IMG/VR virus record: IMGVR_UViG_2706796519_000001
Span: 6,271-70,270 of that record
Reading direction: 5' to 3' (one strand)
DNA length: 64,000 bases
Origin: a virus
Lineage: Duplodnaviria; Caudoviricetes
Positions 56,199-63,904 of this stretch are shown piece after piece. The translations under genes were made by a program, and so were the position numbers. The stretch's first letter is position 1. The number at the start of each line of letters is the position of its first letter. The notes beneath the pieces were generated by a model that worked only from the letters and a program-made list of their open reading frames with translations, did no database searches and was not told where the DNA came from.

Positions 56199-56602
56199 CG
56201 CCACCCCGGCGCGATCTCGGCGAGCGCGGCGGCTCCGAGCGTGCACCCGTCGAGATGGTCGAGGAGGTAGTGGGCCTTGCACTCGCGGCACATGTCATCG
56301 TCCCCGTACGGGGATTTCGCGCGGATTAACTCGGTCGTCCGGCGCTGGCCCTGTCTCCCGCTGCACGGGCAGCAGTGTGGGCGGATGTTGTTGCGGGTGT
56401 AGCGCCCGCCGAACTCGCCCGCAATGATCCTGTCCACGATCATCGTCTTGTCGTTGACCATCGCCCCGCACTCCCAGCACGCGACCTTCTCGCCGTCGCC
56501 GCCGAACCCCGAGGCCGGACTCAGCAGCCACGCGCGCCTCGCCCGGCGATCGTATGAACTGCCGCGTTCGTTGGAGTTGCAGCGTCCCGCCCTGCTGCTC
56601 AT
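56195..56602 (-). CDS. HNH endonuclease
   Basis: CWEC...VDRII...GGRYTRNNIRPHCCPC (His-to-Asp variant). Confidence 0.8.
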   Translation of the reverse strand: MSSRAGRCNSNERGSSYDRRARRAWLLSPASGFGGDGEKVACWECGAMVNDKTMIVDRIIAGEFGGRYTRNNIRPHCCPCSGRQGQRRTTELIRAKSPYGDDDMCRECKAHYLLDHLDGCTLGAAALAEIAPGWR

Positions 56603-56703
56603 CGGGCCGGACGTCCGCACCGTGCGCAGACCTCGACCGCTCGCCCGGCCCGAACAATCGTCATCGTCGTCAAGTGACGGCACGGGGCGTGCGGCGCGCT
56701 CAC
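56599..56703 (-). CDS. 34-aa Zn-finger-like mini-protein
   Basis: Hand-translated MSAPHAPCRHLTTMTIVRAGRAVEVCARCGRPAR; 4-nt overlaps at both ends. Confidence 0.5.
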   Translation of the reverse strand: MSAPHAPCRHLTTMTIVRAGRAVEVCARCGRPAR

Positions 56704-56861
56704 CGGATGGCCTCGCCGTCCCAGCAGGCATCATGCAACATCTCGGGCCGGATCGTGCCGAACGCCAGCCACCACAGGCACGGCTGAATATCGACCAGCT
56801 TGACGTCGAGGTGGGACGTGCGTCGAGCTTTAGCGCTGATCACGCGATCGTCGCCCTTCAT
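56700..56861 (-). CDS. 53-aa hypothetical protein
   Basis: Hand-translated MKGDDRVISAK...; 4-nt overlaps at both ends. Confidence 0.55.
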   Translation of the reverse strand: MKGDDRVISAKARRTSHLDVKLVDIQPCLWWLAFGTIRPEMLHDACWDGEAIR

Positions 56862-57070
56862 AGACCGAACTCCTCCTCGTACATCGGCAAGAACTCGCTC
56901 GCCGGGCGCGGTCGCCCGGCCTCGACAGCGACGTCAAACATCCCCCGCAGGTGTTCGAGGTAGTGGACGTGCGGCGACCGCTCGAATCCGGCGTCCGGTG
57001 CTTCCACGATGCGGTGCACGATCTTGCGGCGCTGCTTCGCGACGTCCATGCCGCGCTCGATGCTGATCAC
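56858..57070 (-). CDS. Hypothetical protein
   Basis: GGAGG SD, GTGA overlap. Confidence 0.6.
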   Translation of the reverse strand: MISIERGMDVAKQRRKIVHRIVEAPDAGFERSPHVHYLEHLRGMFDVAVEAGRPRPASEFLPMYEEEFGL

Positions 57071-57324
57071 CACGCCTCCTCGCACGCCACCTCGGGCCGG
57101 TGCACCAGATAGCACCGATTACACAACACCTCGCGCGGACCGACCGTGAACTCAGCGAGATTCAGCGCGTCGGCGGTGCCCGGTCCGCGCCCGTCGGGCC
57201 ACTCCTCGATCGGCTCCGGCCTCGGTCCGCAATCAACCCCCGGCAGGCACGCCCGGCACCCCGTCGTGGCGGAGTGGGCGCGGTGTCCGCATCGTCGGCA
57301 CGGCACCCGGTAGTCGAACGTCAC
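57067..57324 (-). CDS. Cys-rich Zn-binding protein
   Basis: CxxCxH...CxxC...C; CxxC..H...C. Confidence 0.6.
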   Translation of the reverse strand: MTFDYRVPCRRCGHRAHSATTGCRACLPGVDCGPRPEPIEEWPDGRGPGTADALNLAEFTVGPREVLCNRCYLVHRPEVACEEAW

Positions 57325-57530
57325 CGCCCGTCGCCGTTCGGGACGACGACCGGCCCGTGTGTCGGGCAGCGGAGCCGTCCGGCCTGCTCGCAGTCGAGGC
57401 ACTTGCCCGTCTGAACAGCGTTGTGGGCCTCGACGGCGGCAGCTAGCCGCTCGATCGCGGAGATGGCGCGCTCGGCGGTTTCCTGCCAGCTGGCCGGGTT
57501 GCCTCCGGCAATCATGTCGAACAGTGACAT
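57321..57530 (-). CDS. Small protein with a CxxC...CxxH motif
   Basis: GGAGG SD; coupled overlap. Confidence 0.6.
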   Translation of the reverse strand: MSLFDMIAGGNPASWQETAERAISAIERLAAAVEAHNAVQTGKCLDCEQAGRLRCPTHGPVVVPNGDGR

Positions 57531-57895
57531 CAGATGACCTCCGACCCGTTGTGATCCTCGACCCTGGCGGTGTTGACCCATCCGCCCTTGGGAGCCTTCG
57601 GCCCGCCGGTGCGGGTCGCGACGACGACGTGGTTGTGCCCCAGCCGGAACACGCCGCCCTTCCATGCCGGTTCCACCAGCAGGAACTCCGGCCTCGCGCC
57701 CCGGCTCAGGGCGACCTTGCCGACGCGCTCGGTGCGGGTCGCCCCGTCGAGCACCCGCACGTCGACCGCAGCCTTGTAGGCGGCAGCGATCGAGGGGTGC
57801 GTGTCCTCGATCAGCGTGAGGTCGAGCGCGTCGCCGTGCTGTGTGCGCAGCCGTGCCGCGATCTCGATCAGGGTCGGGTTCGGCGTGTCGGTCAT
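57530..57895 (-). CDS. Hypothetical protein
   Basis: AAGGGAG SD, ATGA overlap. Confidence 0.65.
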   Translation of the reverse strand: MTDTPNPTLIEIAARLRTQHGDALDLTLIEDTHPSIAAAYKAAVDVRVLDGATRTERVGKVALSRGARPEFLLVEPAWKGGVFRLGHNHVVVATRTGGPKAPKGGWVNTARVEDHNGSEVI

Positions 57896-58170
57896 GTGAT
57901 CGGTGCTCCCTTCGAGGTGATCTGCAGTCCGTTGCGGCGCAGGTTGGCGATGTCGTTCTTGCGGCTCCGGTACTCGCTCGGCGTCCCGGCGATCGTGCCG
58001 ATGAGGCGACCGTCGAGATAGACCTTGTAGTGCCCAGTGCGGCTCCGGCATGGCTTGAGTTCACCGCCTGCCGCCTCGATCGCGGCGAGTAGCGCCCGCG
58101 TGTCGCGATCGGAGGTTCGATTGCTGGCTCGCTTGGAGCCGGGTTGGGGTCCGCTGCAGACCACCGTCAC
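57892..58170 (-). CDS. HicA-like toxin-fold protein
   Basis: LLAAIEAAGG...TGHYKVY...TIAGTPSEYRSRKNDIANLRRNG. Confidence 0.6.
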   Translation of the reverse strand: MTVVCSGPQPGSKRASNRTSDRDTRALLAAIEAAGGELKPCRSRTGHYKVYLDGRLIGTIAGTPSEYRSRKNDIANLRRNGLQITSKGAPIT

Positions 58171-58478
58171 CACCACATTTCGCCGTCGTGGAGGACGACG
58201 GTGAACTGGTCGCCGTCGCTCGCGGAGTCGATCGCAGCACACACGTCGCGCCGGTCGACCGGCGCGAGCCGAGCGACCAGCGTCGTGCTCGACAGTTGGA
58301 TAGATGCGTGGTTGCCGGTCGAGACATTCACCGCTTCCAGCACGCGGTACGTCTTGGCGGCGACGTAGGTGCGAGCGGTGATGACTTTGTAGGCCTGTCC
58401 GCGCTCGACCGCTCCCAGCATCACCCCTCGGTACACGTCCCCCGGCTGCAACTCAGCTGCCTCGATCACCGTGCTCAT
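58167..58478 (-). CDS. Hypothetical protein
   Basis: First gene after promoter copy 4; AAGGGG SD. Confidence 0.7.
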   Translation of the reverse strand: MSTVIEAAELQPGDVYRGVMLGAVERGQAYKVITARTYVAAKTYRVLEAVNVSTGNHASIQLSSTTLVARLAPVDRRDVCAAIDSASDGDQFTVVLHDGEMWW

Positions 58479-58492
58479 ATCGGTCCCCTTCC

Positions 58493-58549
58493 GGCGGGTC
58501 GGTCCCGCCTCATGTCTCTTAACTTACCCGACGTCGTCGGGCTAGTCTA
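58493..58549 (-). promoter_or_regulatory. Repeated promoter cassette, copy 4 (TAGACT-17-TAAGTT plus leader hairpin)
   Basis: -35 at 58544-58549, -10 at 58521-58526, hairpin at 58493-58509. Confidence 0.75.
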
Positions 58550-58552
58550 GGT

Positions 58553-58753
58553 CTACTTTTGTGTCACGATCCGGCGCGGCTCGCGCTGCAGATGCTCATC
58601 GAGCTGCCCGACGAGAGACGGGCGCGGAGGCCGGGCCGGAGCCGCGTGGACGCGGACCTTGCCGTCCTTGCGGACGGCGCGCGGCGTGAGGCAGATCGGG
58701 CACAGCTGCTCCGTGACGTACCGCTCGCGATCGGCCCACCTCCGCCGGGACAT
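58553..58753 (-). CDS. Small basic protein with a CxxC...H motif
   Basis: 66 aa, LCPIC...VRKDGKVRVH. Confidence 0.55.
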   Translation of the reverse strand: MSRRRWADRERYVTEQLCPICLTPRAVRKDGKVRVHAAPARPPRPSLVGQLDEHLQREPRRIVTQK

Positions 58754-58782
58754 CAGCGGAGGTGAGCCAGACCCGAGGCACT

Positions 58783-58953
58783 TCACCGACCCGCACTCCA
58801 CGCCGCCGGGAGGAACCCGCCCCGGTCGATCCATTCGTGCAGCGCCAAGATCAGCTCGGCGAGCCGGACTGCTTGGGCGTCGTGATCCTCGGCGAACTGC
58901 ACGATGCCGCGCGCGAGTCCCAGCGTCTCGGCCAGGTTGGCGTCGGGGTCCAT
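58783..58953 (-). CDS. 56-aa hypothetical protein
   Basis: MDPDANL...LHEWIDRGGFLP..W; start overlaps the upstream stop. Confidence 0.65.
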   Translation of the reverse strand: MDPDANLAETLGLARGIVQFAEDHDAQAVRLAELILALHEWIDRGGFLPAAWSAGR

Positions 58954-59195
58954 CAGGAGACCTCGACCCAACGCATCACGACCCGCAACGCGGCGTCGTA
59001 ACTGTCGGCGTCGATGATCTCGTTGACGAACTCGCGCGCCTGGTCGCGGGTCGCTCCGCCGGAGAGCAGCGCCCGCTGGACCCGACCGATGATCAGGAAC
59101 ACGTTGCCGTCGTCGCCGGTCAGCTTCACGTGGACGTCAGGGAACTTCGGCCCGGTCGTCTCCGGCTCGGTGGCCGGAGCGGTGTCGTTTGCCAT
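58953..59195 (-). CDS. Hypothetical protein
   Basis: LTGDDGNVFLIIGRV..AL...G...YDAAL; GGAGGAGG SD. Confidence 0.75.
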   Translation of the reverse strand: MANDTAPATEPETTGPKFPDVHVKLTGDDGNVFLIIGRVQRALLSGGATRDQAREFVNEIIDADSYDAALRVVMRWVEVS

Positions 59196-59246
59196 GCTGT
59201 AGTGCCTCCTCCCGCCCGATCGGCGGAGTTGTAGGGGTTTGTGTGC

Positions 59247-59273
59247 GCGTTGGCCGGACGCGCCCCCGGTCGT
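59247..59273. repeat. 27-nt intergenic repeat, copy 1
   Basis: gcgttggccggacgcgcccccggtcgt, 26/27 identical to 61677-61703. Confidence 0.8.
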
Positions 59274-59276
59274 GCT

Positions 59277-59858
59277 CTAGTGCCGCTCGAACGGGCTGCC
59301 GTAGCGCCCGCCGGAGCCGCCTGCCCCGAGCGGCGAGACGTACCCGCCCGACGCGTACCGTGCCCCGGTCAAGACGGCCACGACGCTCGGCTCCGCCGGG
59401 TCGGACGTGCCCAGCACCCGGCCATAGTCGCCCATCTCCTCGGCGACCGGCGGCTCCACGCCCTCGGGCAGCAGGTTCTCCGCATCGACCAGCGACCGGA
59501 GTGTTGCCCAGATGGCCTCGCCGACGAACTGCAACAGGCCGGGCCAGTTGAAACGGCGACCGTCCTGCCCCGTCACGGCCCAGCGGACGCTGCGACCCTC
59601 GCGCCACCCGACGGCGGCGTAGGCGTACTCGCGACCGTTGAGGTACCGCTGGAACGCGACGACCGGGTTCTCGCCCTGCGCCACGCGCGGCATCTTGGGC
59701 TTGCGCGCCTCCTCTTCGGCGACCGCCTGTTCAGCGGCCTGCCTCGTCAGCTCATCGGCGACGGCGCGTGCCCTTGCGGCCTCGGCGCGGAGCTGTGCGG
59801 CGGAGACCGGCTCGACGCTCTTGACGTTGGTGGCCTTCTCGCCCTCGGATTCACTCAT
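59277..59858 (-). CDS. Hypothetical protein (coiled-coil N-terminus)
   Basis: GAGGA SD before ATG 59858. Confidence 0.7.
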   Translation of the reverse strand: MSESEGEKATNVKSVEPVSAAQLRAEAARARAVADELTRQAAEQAVAEEEARKPKMPRVAQGENPVVAFQRYLNGREYAYAAVGWREGRSVRWAVTGQDGRRFNWPGLLQFVGEAIWATLRSLVDAENLLPEGVEPPVAEEMGDYGRVLGTSDPAEPSVVAVLTGARYASGGYVSPLGAGGSGGRYGSPFERH

Positions 59859-59901
59859 GGTTTTGATCCTCTCAGTGGTTGTGATTTGTTGGGTTGTGGG
59901 A

Positions 59902-59951
59902 GGGGTCCGGCGAGGGCGCACGGGCGGAGCACACCCACCTCGCCGGACCCC
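59902..59951. terminator. 14-bp perfect inverted repeat with a 22-nt loop
   Basis: ggggtccggcgagg / cctcgccggacccc. Confidence 0.55.
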
Positions 59952-59957
59952 GGTCTG

Positions 59958-60281
59958 TTATCCGCGCGGGACGACGTACACGCCCCACCGGACCCGCCGT
60001 ACCAGCGTCGGTTGGCTCCGGTGCAGGTCGGCGAGGCGGCTGTTGACGACGTTGGCAGGCAGGTCCATCTCCTCCGCAACGGCGGTGTAGTGCGCCCCGT
60101 CGTCGTGCTTCACCAGGACGTCATAGACCTCGCGCTGCTTGCGAGTGAGCACGGACGGGTCGCCGGGCGTGAAGGCGGCGGGCCGACCGTACGTGTCGAA
60201 TGCCGATAGCAGCGCAGCCGCCTCGTACGGGTCATCGCCCGGCTCGATCTCGACCGTCACCTCACCTTTCGTGATCTTCAC
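59958..60281 (-). CDS. Winged-HTH DNA-binding protein
   Basis: LTRKQREVYDVL...TAVAEEMDLPANVVNSRLADL...VRRVRWGVY. Confidence 0.7.
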   Translation of the reverse strand: MKITKGEVTVEIEPGDDPYEAAALLSAFDTYGRPAAFTPGDPSVLTRKQREVYDVLVKHDDGAHYTAVAEEMDLPANVVNSRLADLHRSQPTLVRRVRWGVYVVPRG

Positions 60282-61351
60282 GCGCTCGCCCCAACCATCG
60301 GACCCCACCGGAGCACCTGATCCGTCGTCAGCGGCAGAGCCTTGCGCAGCCCGGCGTACGCGTCCGACTTGATCTTGTGCACGTCGGCGGAGGTCAGCGT
60401 GCGGTTGGCGCGCCGGGACGCGGCGTTGCCGCCCTTGCCGAACACGGGCATGAAGTGGTCGGCGTACTCGGTGACCGCGTTGTAGGCGGCGTAGGCCGTG
60501 CCCGCGAACGGGGTGATCGAGGGCGAGTGACGCATGACCTCCATGACCTGAGTGACGCGCTCGACGCGAGCGTTGCGGGCCTTCTCGGAGTCGGCCTTGT
60601 TCACGCCGAACACGTCGTTGAACACCGCCCTCACCCACGCCTCCTCGCGATCGACCTGCAGCGACTCCATCCCGCTCGCGTACACCTCGGTGTACTTGAA
60701 CGTCAGCCCCAGCAGCCTCCGCACCTCAGCCAGCTTCGCCGCCGACGCGCCGACGTGACGCAGGGCGACCGAGCTGACGGCCTCCGCCTCGGCGATGCGC
60801 TGCGTGTTGGCGCAGACGATGCGGACCGGGGAGATGATGGCGCGGAGCGACCCCTGGCCGTCGTGGTGATTGATCACGGCCAGATAGACCTCGGTCGTGT
60901 CGCGGAACCCGTCGGAGCCGGTGAACTCGACGTGAGTCGGCATCAACATCGTCACGAACGTCCGTCGCCCGCCGTCGAGCGCGCCGATGGTCTGGATATG
61001 TGCGCCGGACTGGTCCGTGATGGCGTAGAGGAGGTCGGTGGTCTCCTCGTTCTGGATCGGCTGCCAGCGGTCGCCGACGACGGCCAGCGCCTCCGGCATG
61101 AGCGTGACCGGGTTGGTCCGCAGGACCGTCCACTGGCCGGGCGCGTTGATCTCGGTCGTCCCGCCGAGACCGTCGTCAACGATCTGGGCGTGCTCGACCT
61201 TGCGAACGTTCCAGTCGTTCATGTTCGCCGCTTCCAGCGCCTCCGCCGGGGCCATCTCATGGCCGACCTGCTGCCCGAGTTGATGCCATGCATCGTTGCG
61301 GCTATCGGCGAAGCTGTAGCGACCGGCGGTTCTGTCGATCTCATGTCCCAT
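60278..61351 (-). CDS. DUF932-family protein
   Basis: AWHQLG...LAVVGDRWQPIQN...GALDGGRRTF...NHHDG...PVRIVCANT. Confidence 0.85.
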   Translation of the reverse strand: MGHEIDRTAGRYSFADSRNDAWHQLGQQVGHEMAPAEALEAANMNDWNVRKVEHAQIVDDGLGGTTEINAPGQWTVLRTNPVTLMPEALAVVGDRWQPIQNEETTDLLYAITDQSGAHIQTIGALDGGRRTFVTMLMPTHVEFTGSDGFRDTTEVYLAVINHHDGQGSLRAIISPVRIVCANTQRIAEAEAVSSVALRHVGASAAKLAEVRRLLGLTFKYTEVYASGMESLQVDREEAWVRAVFNDVFGVNKADSEKARNARVERVTQVMEVMRHSPSITPFAGTAYAAYNAVTEYADHFMPVFGKGGNAASRRANRTLTSADVHKIKSDAYAGLRKALPLTTDQVLRWGPMVGASA

Positions 61352-61382
61352 GATCTTGTCTCCGTTCGAGTTGGGTTGTGGG

Positions 61383-61643
61383 TTAGGACTGGGTGCCGTC
61401 GTGCGGGGTGTTGTCGTCGCCGTTGGACACGCCGTCTCCGTCGTCGTCCTTGGCTCCCCAGCCACCTCCTCCGCCGTGGGAGTTGATGGCGATGTCCTTG
61501 CATTCGGCCTTGTGGCCGGTGCGGTAGGCCATGTTCGAGCTACACAAGACGTCGTCCTGCGGTCCTGCGACGGCGGGCGATGCGAGGGCGAAACCTCCGG
61601 CGATGAGCGAGGCTCCGAGCGCGGCAGTGAGGGTGATCTTCAT
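61383..61643 (-). CDS. Small exported protein with a DxDxDG-type acidic motif
   Basis: Signal peptide; two Cys; KDDDGDGVSNGDDNTP. Confidence 0.7.
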   Translation of the reverse strand: MKITLTAALGASLIAGGFALASPAVAGPQDDVLCSSNMAYRTGHKAECKDIAINSHGGGGGWGAKDDDGDGVSNGDDNTPHDGTQS

Positions 61644-61676
61644 GGTCGTTCCTTCCAGTGGTTGTGTTGGGTTTGT

Positions 61677-61703
61677 GCGTTGGCCGGACGCACCCCCGGT
61701 CGT
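61677..61703. repeat. 27-nt intergenic repeat, copy 2
   Basis: gcgttggccggacgcacccccggtcgt. Confidence 0.8.
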
Positions 61704-61704
61704 T

Positions 61705-61974
61705 CTACTTGGGGAGATCGGTGCCCTGAGTCGCGTCGGCTGCCCAGAGGGTCAGGTTCACGATGTCGGCACCGTCGGTGCTGTCGAGGTCGATGACCGC
61801 GACGCGGCTGGTCTCATCGCCGCCGACGGTCCCAGCTGCCCAGGTCTCGTGAATGTCGGTCCAGGTGATCTGGCCGTGCATATGCTGAGCCGAGAGCATC
61901 GAGTCGAGGATGGAGTAGCCGTCCTCCTCGTTCGAGGTGGCCCAGCCGGTGACGATTGCGGTGCGAACGGTCAT
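61705..61974 (-). CDS. Hypothetical acidic protein
   Basis: First gene after promoter copy 5; GAGG SD. Confidence 0.65.
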   Translation of the reverse strand: MTVRTAIVTGWATSNEEDGYSILDSMLSAQHMHGQITWTDIHETWAAGTVGGDETSRVAVIDLDSTDGADIVNLTLWAADATQGTDLPK

Positions 61975-61987
61975 TTTTGCCTCTCTC

Positions 61988-62047
61988 GGCGGGGTCGGTC
62001 CCGCCTCCAACAAGACTGATATTACCCGACGTCGGCGGGAAAGTCTA
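61988..62047 (-). promoter_or_regulatory. Repeated promoter cassette, copy 5 (TAGACT-17-TAATAT plus leader hairpin)
   Basis: -35 at 62042-62047, -10 at 62019-62024, hairpin at 61988-62005. Confidence 0.8.
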
Positions 62048-62089
62048 TAGCTTTCTAGCTGGGATTATGACAATCTTCCGAGCCGGGAA

Positions 62090-62257
62090 TCACGGTAGCG
62101 ACCAGATTGCTGCGCCGACCGGGATAGTCAGGACCGAGGTGAGCATGATCGTCGCCCCGACCCACTCGCGAGCGGAGCCGTGTTCGGCCCGGCTGAGTAC
62201 GGACATGCCCAAAAGCACGCCGGAGATGCCCACTAGGGCGATGAACAGGACGCTCAC
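62090..62257 (-). CDS. 55-aa 2-TM membrane protein
   Basis: Hand-translated MSVLFIALVGISGVLLGMSVL...IMLTSVLTIPVGAAIWSLP; AAGGAG SD, GTGA overlap. Confidence 0.6.
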   Translation of the reverse strand: MSVLFIALVGISGVLLGMSVLSRAEHGSAREWVGATIMLTSVLTIPVGAAIWSLP

Positions 62258-62616
62258 GGGGTCTCCTTGCGGATCACGTCGGCGATCGGGTCGCCGAACA
62301 TCTCGGATTGTTCTTCGTAGCTGAGCGGGCCGACCACCTCCGCGACCGCATCGGCCTCGATCTGGTTGCGCCGGGCGAGACGTCGCTGTTGCTCGACGTG
62401 GTGTTGGTCAATGGCCTCGCGAGCCTCGGCTACCTGCGCGGCCATATCGGCGCGGATGATCGCGTCCCACAAGGTCAGCGGCTCCGGCGTCGGGCGCGGA
62501 GCGACCAGGTTGTGTGCCCACGCGATGTGCGAGGCATCCTCGGCATCACGGACGCGGCGGCGAGCCTTGCGACCGAACCACCCGCACGCGGGGCAGCGGA
62601 ATCGACGGCACTTCAC
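62254..62616 (-). CDS. Hypothetical protein with a CPAC motif
   Basis: 120 aa, GTGA overlap. Confidence 0.65.
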   Translation of the reverse strand: MKCRRFRCPACGWFGRKARRRVRDAEDASHIAWAHNLVAPRPTPEPLTLWDAIIRADMAAQVAEAREAIDQHHVEQQRRLARRNQIEADAVAEVVGPLSYEEQSEMFGDPIADVIRKETP

Positions 62617-62963
62617 GGGACAATCACCTCAATCTCTCGGCGGAACAGGCACAGTCGTCGCCCTCGGGCGAACGTGATGCAGAACAGCGGCTCGCGCTCA
62701 CCGTTCATGATCGAGGAGACGTGACCGCGCCGGGTACCGCTCACGATCACGGCGTCGCCGATGACCGGCGTCACCTCGGGGTCCGCAGCGCGGGCGCTCG
62801 CCGCGTCGCCGCAGACGGTCTGAGCCTGCCTCTTGGTCGGATAGTGGGTGGGGTCGACCCCCGGCCCGTCGGCGAACCATCCGTGCCGGTGCCCGTGGTG
62901 CTCGACCACGAACGGGCCGGACTCATACCGCGCCGGGTCGGCGGTCTCGCGGTGCCATTTCAT
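62613..62963 (-). CDS. Hypothetical protein
   Basis: AGGAG SD, ATGA overlap. Confidence 0.65.
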   Translation of the reverse strand: MKWHRETADPARYESGPFVVEHHGHRHGWFADGPGVDPTHYPTKRQAQTVCGDAASARAADPEVTPVIGDAVIVSGTRRGHVSSIMNGEREPLFCITFARGRRLCLFRREIEVIVP

Positions 62964-63166
62964 GCGGGTTCTCCTGTCAACAGGCGCGAGGCCTCGGGAA
63001 AGTAGAACGCGGCGGAGCCGCCGCATCCACACAACCGCCGGGCTGCGGTGTGCTTGTCTGGGCAGCAGGCGTTGGCGTCGTACTCGGCCCACCACTCCGC
63101 CCACGTCATCGCCTCCTCGAATACCTCGGCGAGGTTGGGCTGGTCCAGATCGGTATCGGTGATCAT
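62960..63166 (-). CDS. Small Cys-containing protein
   Basis: AGGAG SD; CC...H...CGC. Confidence 0.6.
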   Translation of the reverse strand: MITDTDLDQPNLAEVFEEAMTWAEWWAEYDANACCPDKHTAARRLCGCGGSAAFYFPEASRLLTGEPA

Positions 63167-63203
63167 GTCGGTCTCCTGGTCGATTGTCGGGACGGGGTGG
63201 AGA

Positions 63204-63231
63204 GCGGGGCGGAGTCGAGACCCCGCCCCGC
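63204..63231. terminator. Intergenic hairpin
   Basis: gcggggcgg / ccgccccgc, 9-bp stem. Confidence 0.45.
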
Positions 63232-63237
63232 GTCGGA

Positions 63238-63891
63238 TCACCGGGTGTGCGAGATGTAGCTGAGCCACCGATCGAGGTTGTCCTGCGCGTCGGCGGTGCT
63301 CATGCCCTCGGGCGCGGTGATCGAACCGTCGGCCCAGGCTTCCAGGATGACCTTGTGGATCTGGTCGCCGAGCAGCTGCTTGAGCTTGAGCGGCGACGGG
63401 GCGGAGGCCTTCGCGACGACCGGCTCAGCAGCCTCGATCTCCTCGGCAGCCTCGGCCCGGCGGGCGATCTCCGCGTCCACGGCGGCGTCGACCGTCATCA
63501 GTTCCTCGACCGGGGCGGGTGCCTCGGCCTCGGTCTCGACCGGATCAGCGCCGGGTGCCTCCGCTGCGATCTCGATCGGCAGAGCGACCGTCTTGGACGC
63601 GTTCTTGGCCGCGACCAACTCGGTGAATGCGCTGGCGGGAATCTCGCCCCAGCCGTCGATCTCCGGCGTCCAGTCTCCGAGCTTGCCCTTGATCGCGGTT
63701 GGGAGCACCGGGTAGACCGTCGCGCCCGGCCCGAACTGGCGACCTTGCGCGGCCTTGTAGGCGCTGGCGAAACTCTTGTGCCAGGTGACGCCGTCCACGG
63801 TCGCGACGTAGGGCATGGTCCCGCTGGTGCGGGTGACAGGCGCATCCTCGGTGCCGGGAATCTGTGCGGTGAACTCGATCTTTGCGGCCAT
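63238..63891 (-). CDS. Hypothetical Ala/Glu-rich protein
   Basis: 217 aa; first gene after promoter copy 6. Confidence 0.75.
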   Translation of the reverse strand: MAAKIEFTAQIPGTEDAPVTRTSGTMPYVATVDGVTWHKSFASAYKAAQGRQFGPGATVYPVLPTAIKGKLGDWTPEIDGWGEIPASAFTELVAAKNASKTVALPIEIAAEAPGADPVETEAEAPAPVEELMTVDAAVDAEIARRAEAAEEIEAAEPVVAKASAPSPLKLKQLLGDQIHKVILEAWADGSITAPEGMSTADAQDNLDRWLSYISHTR

Positions 63892-63904
63892 TTTTGCCTT
63901 TCTC

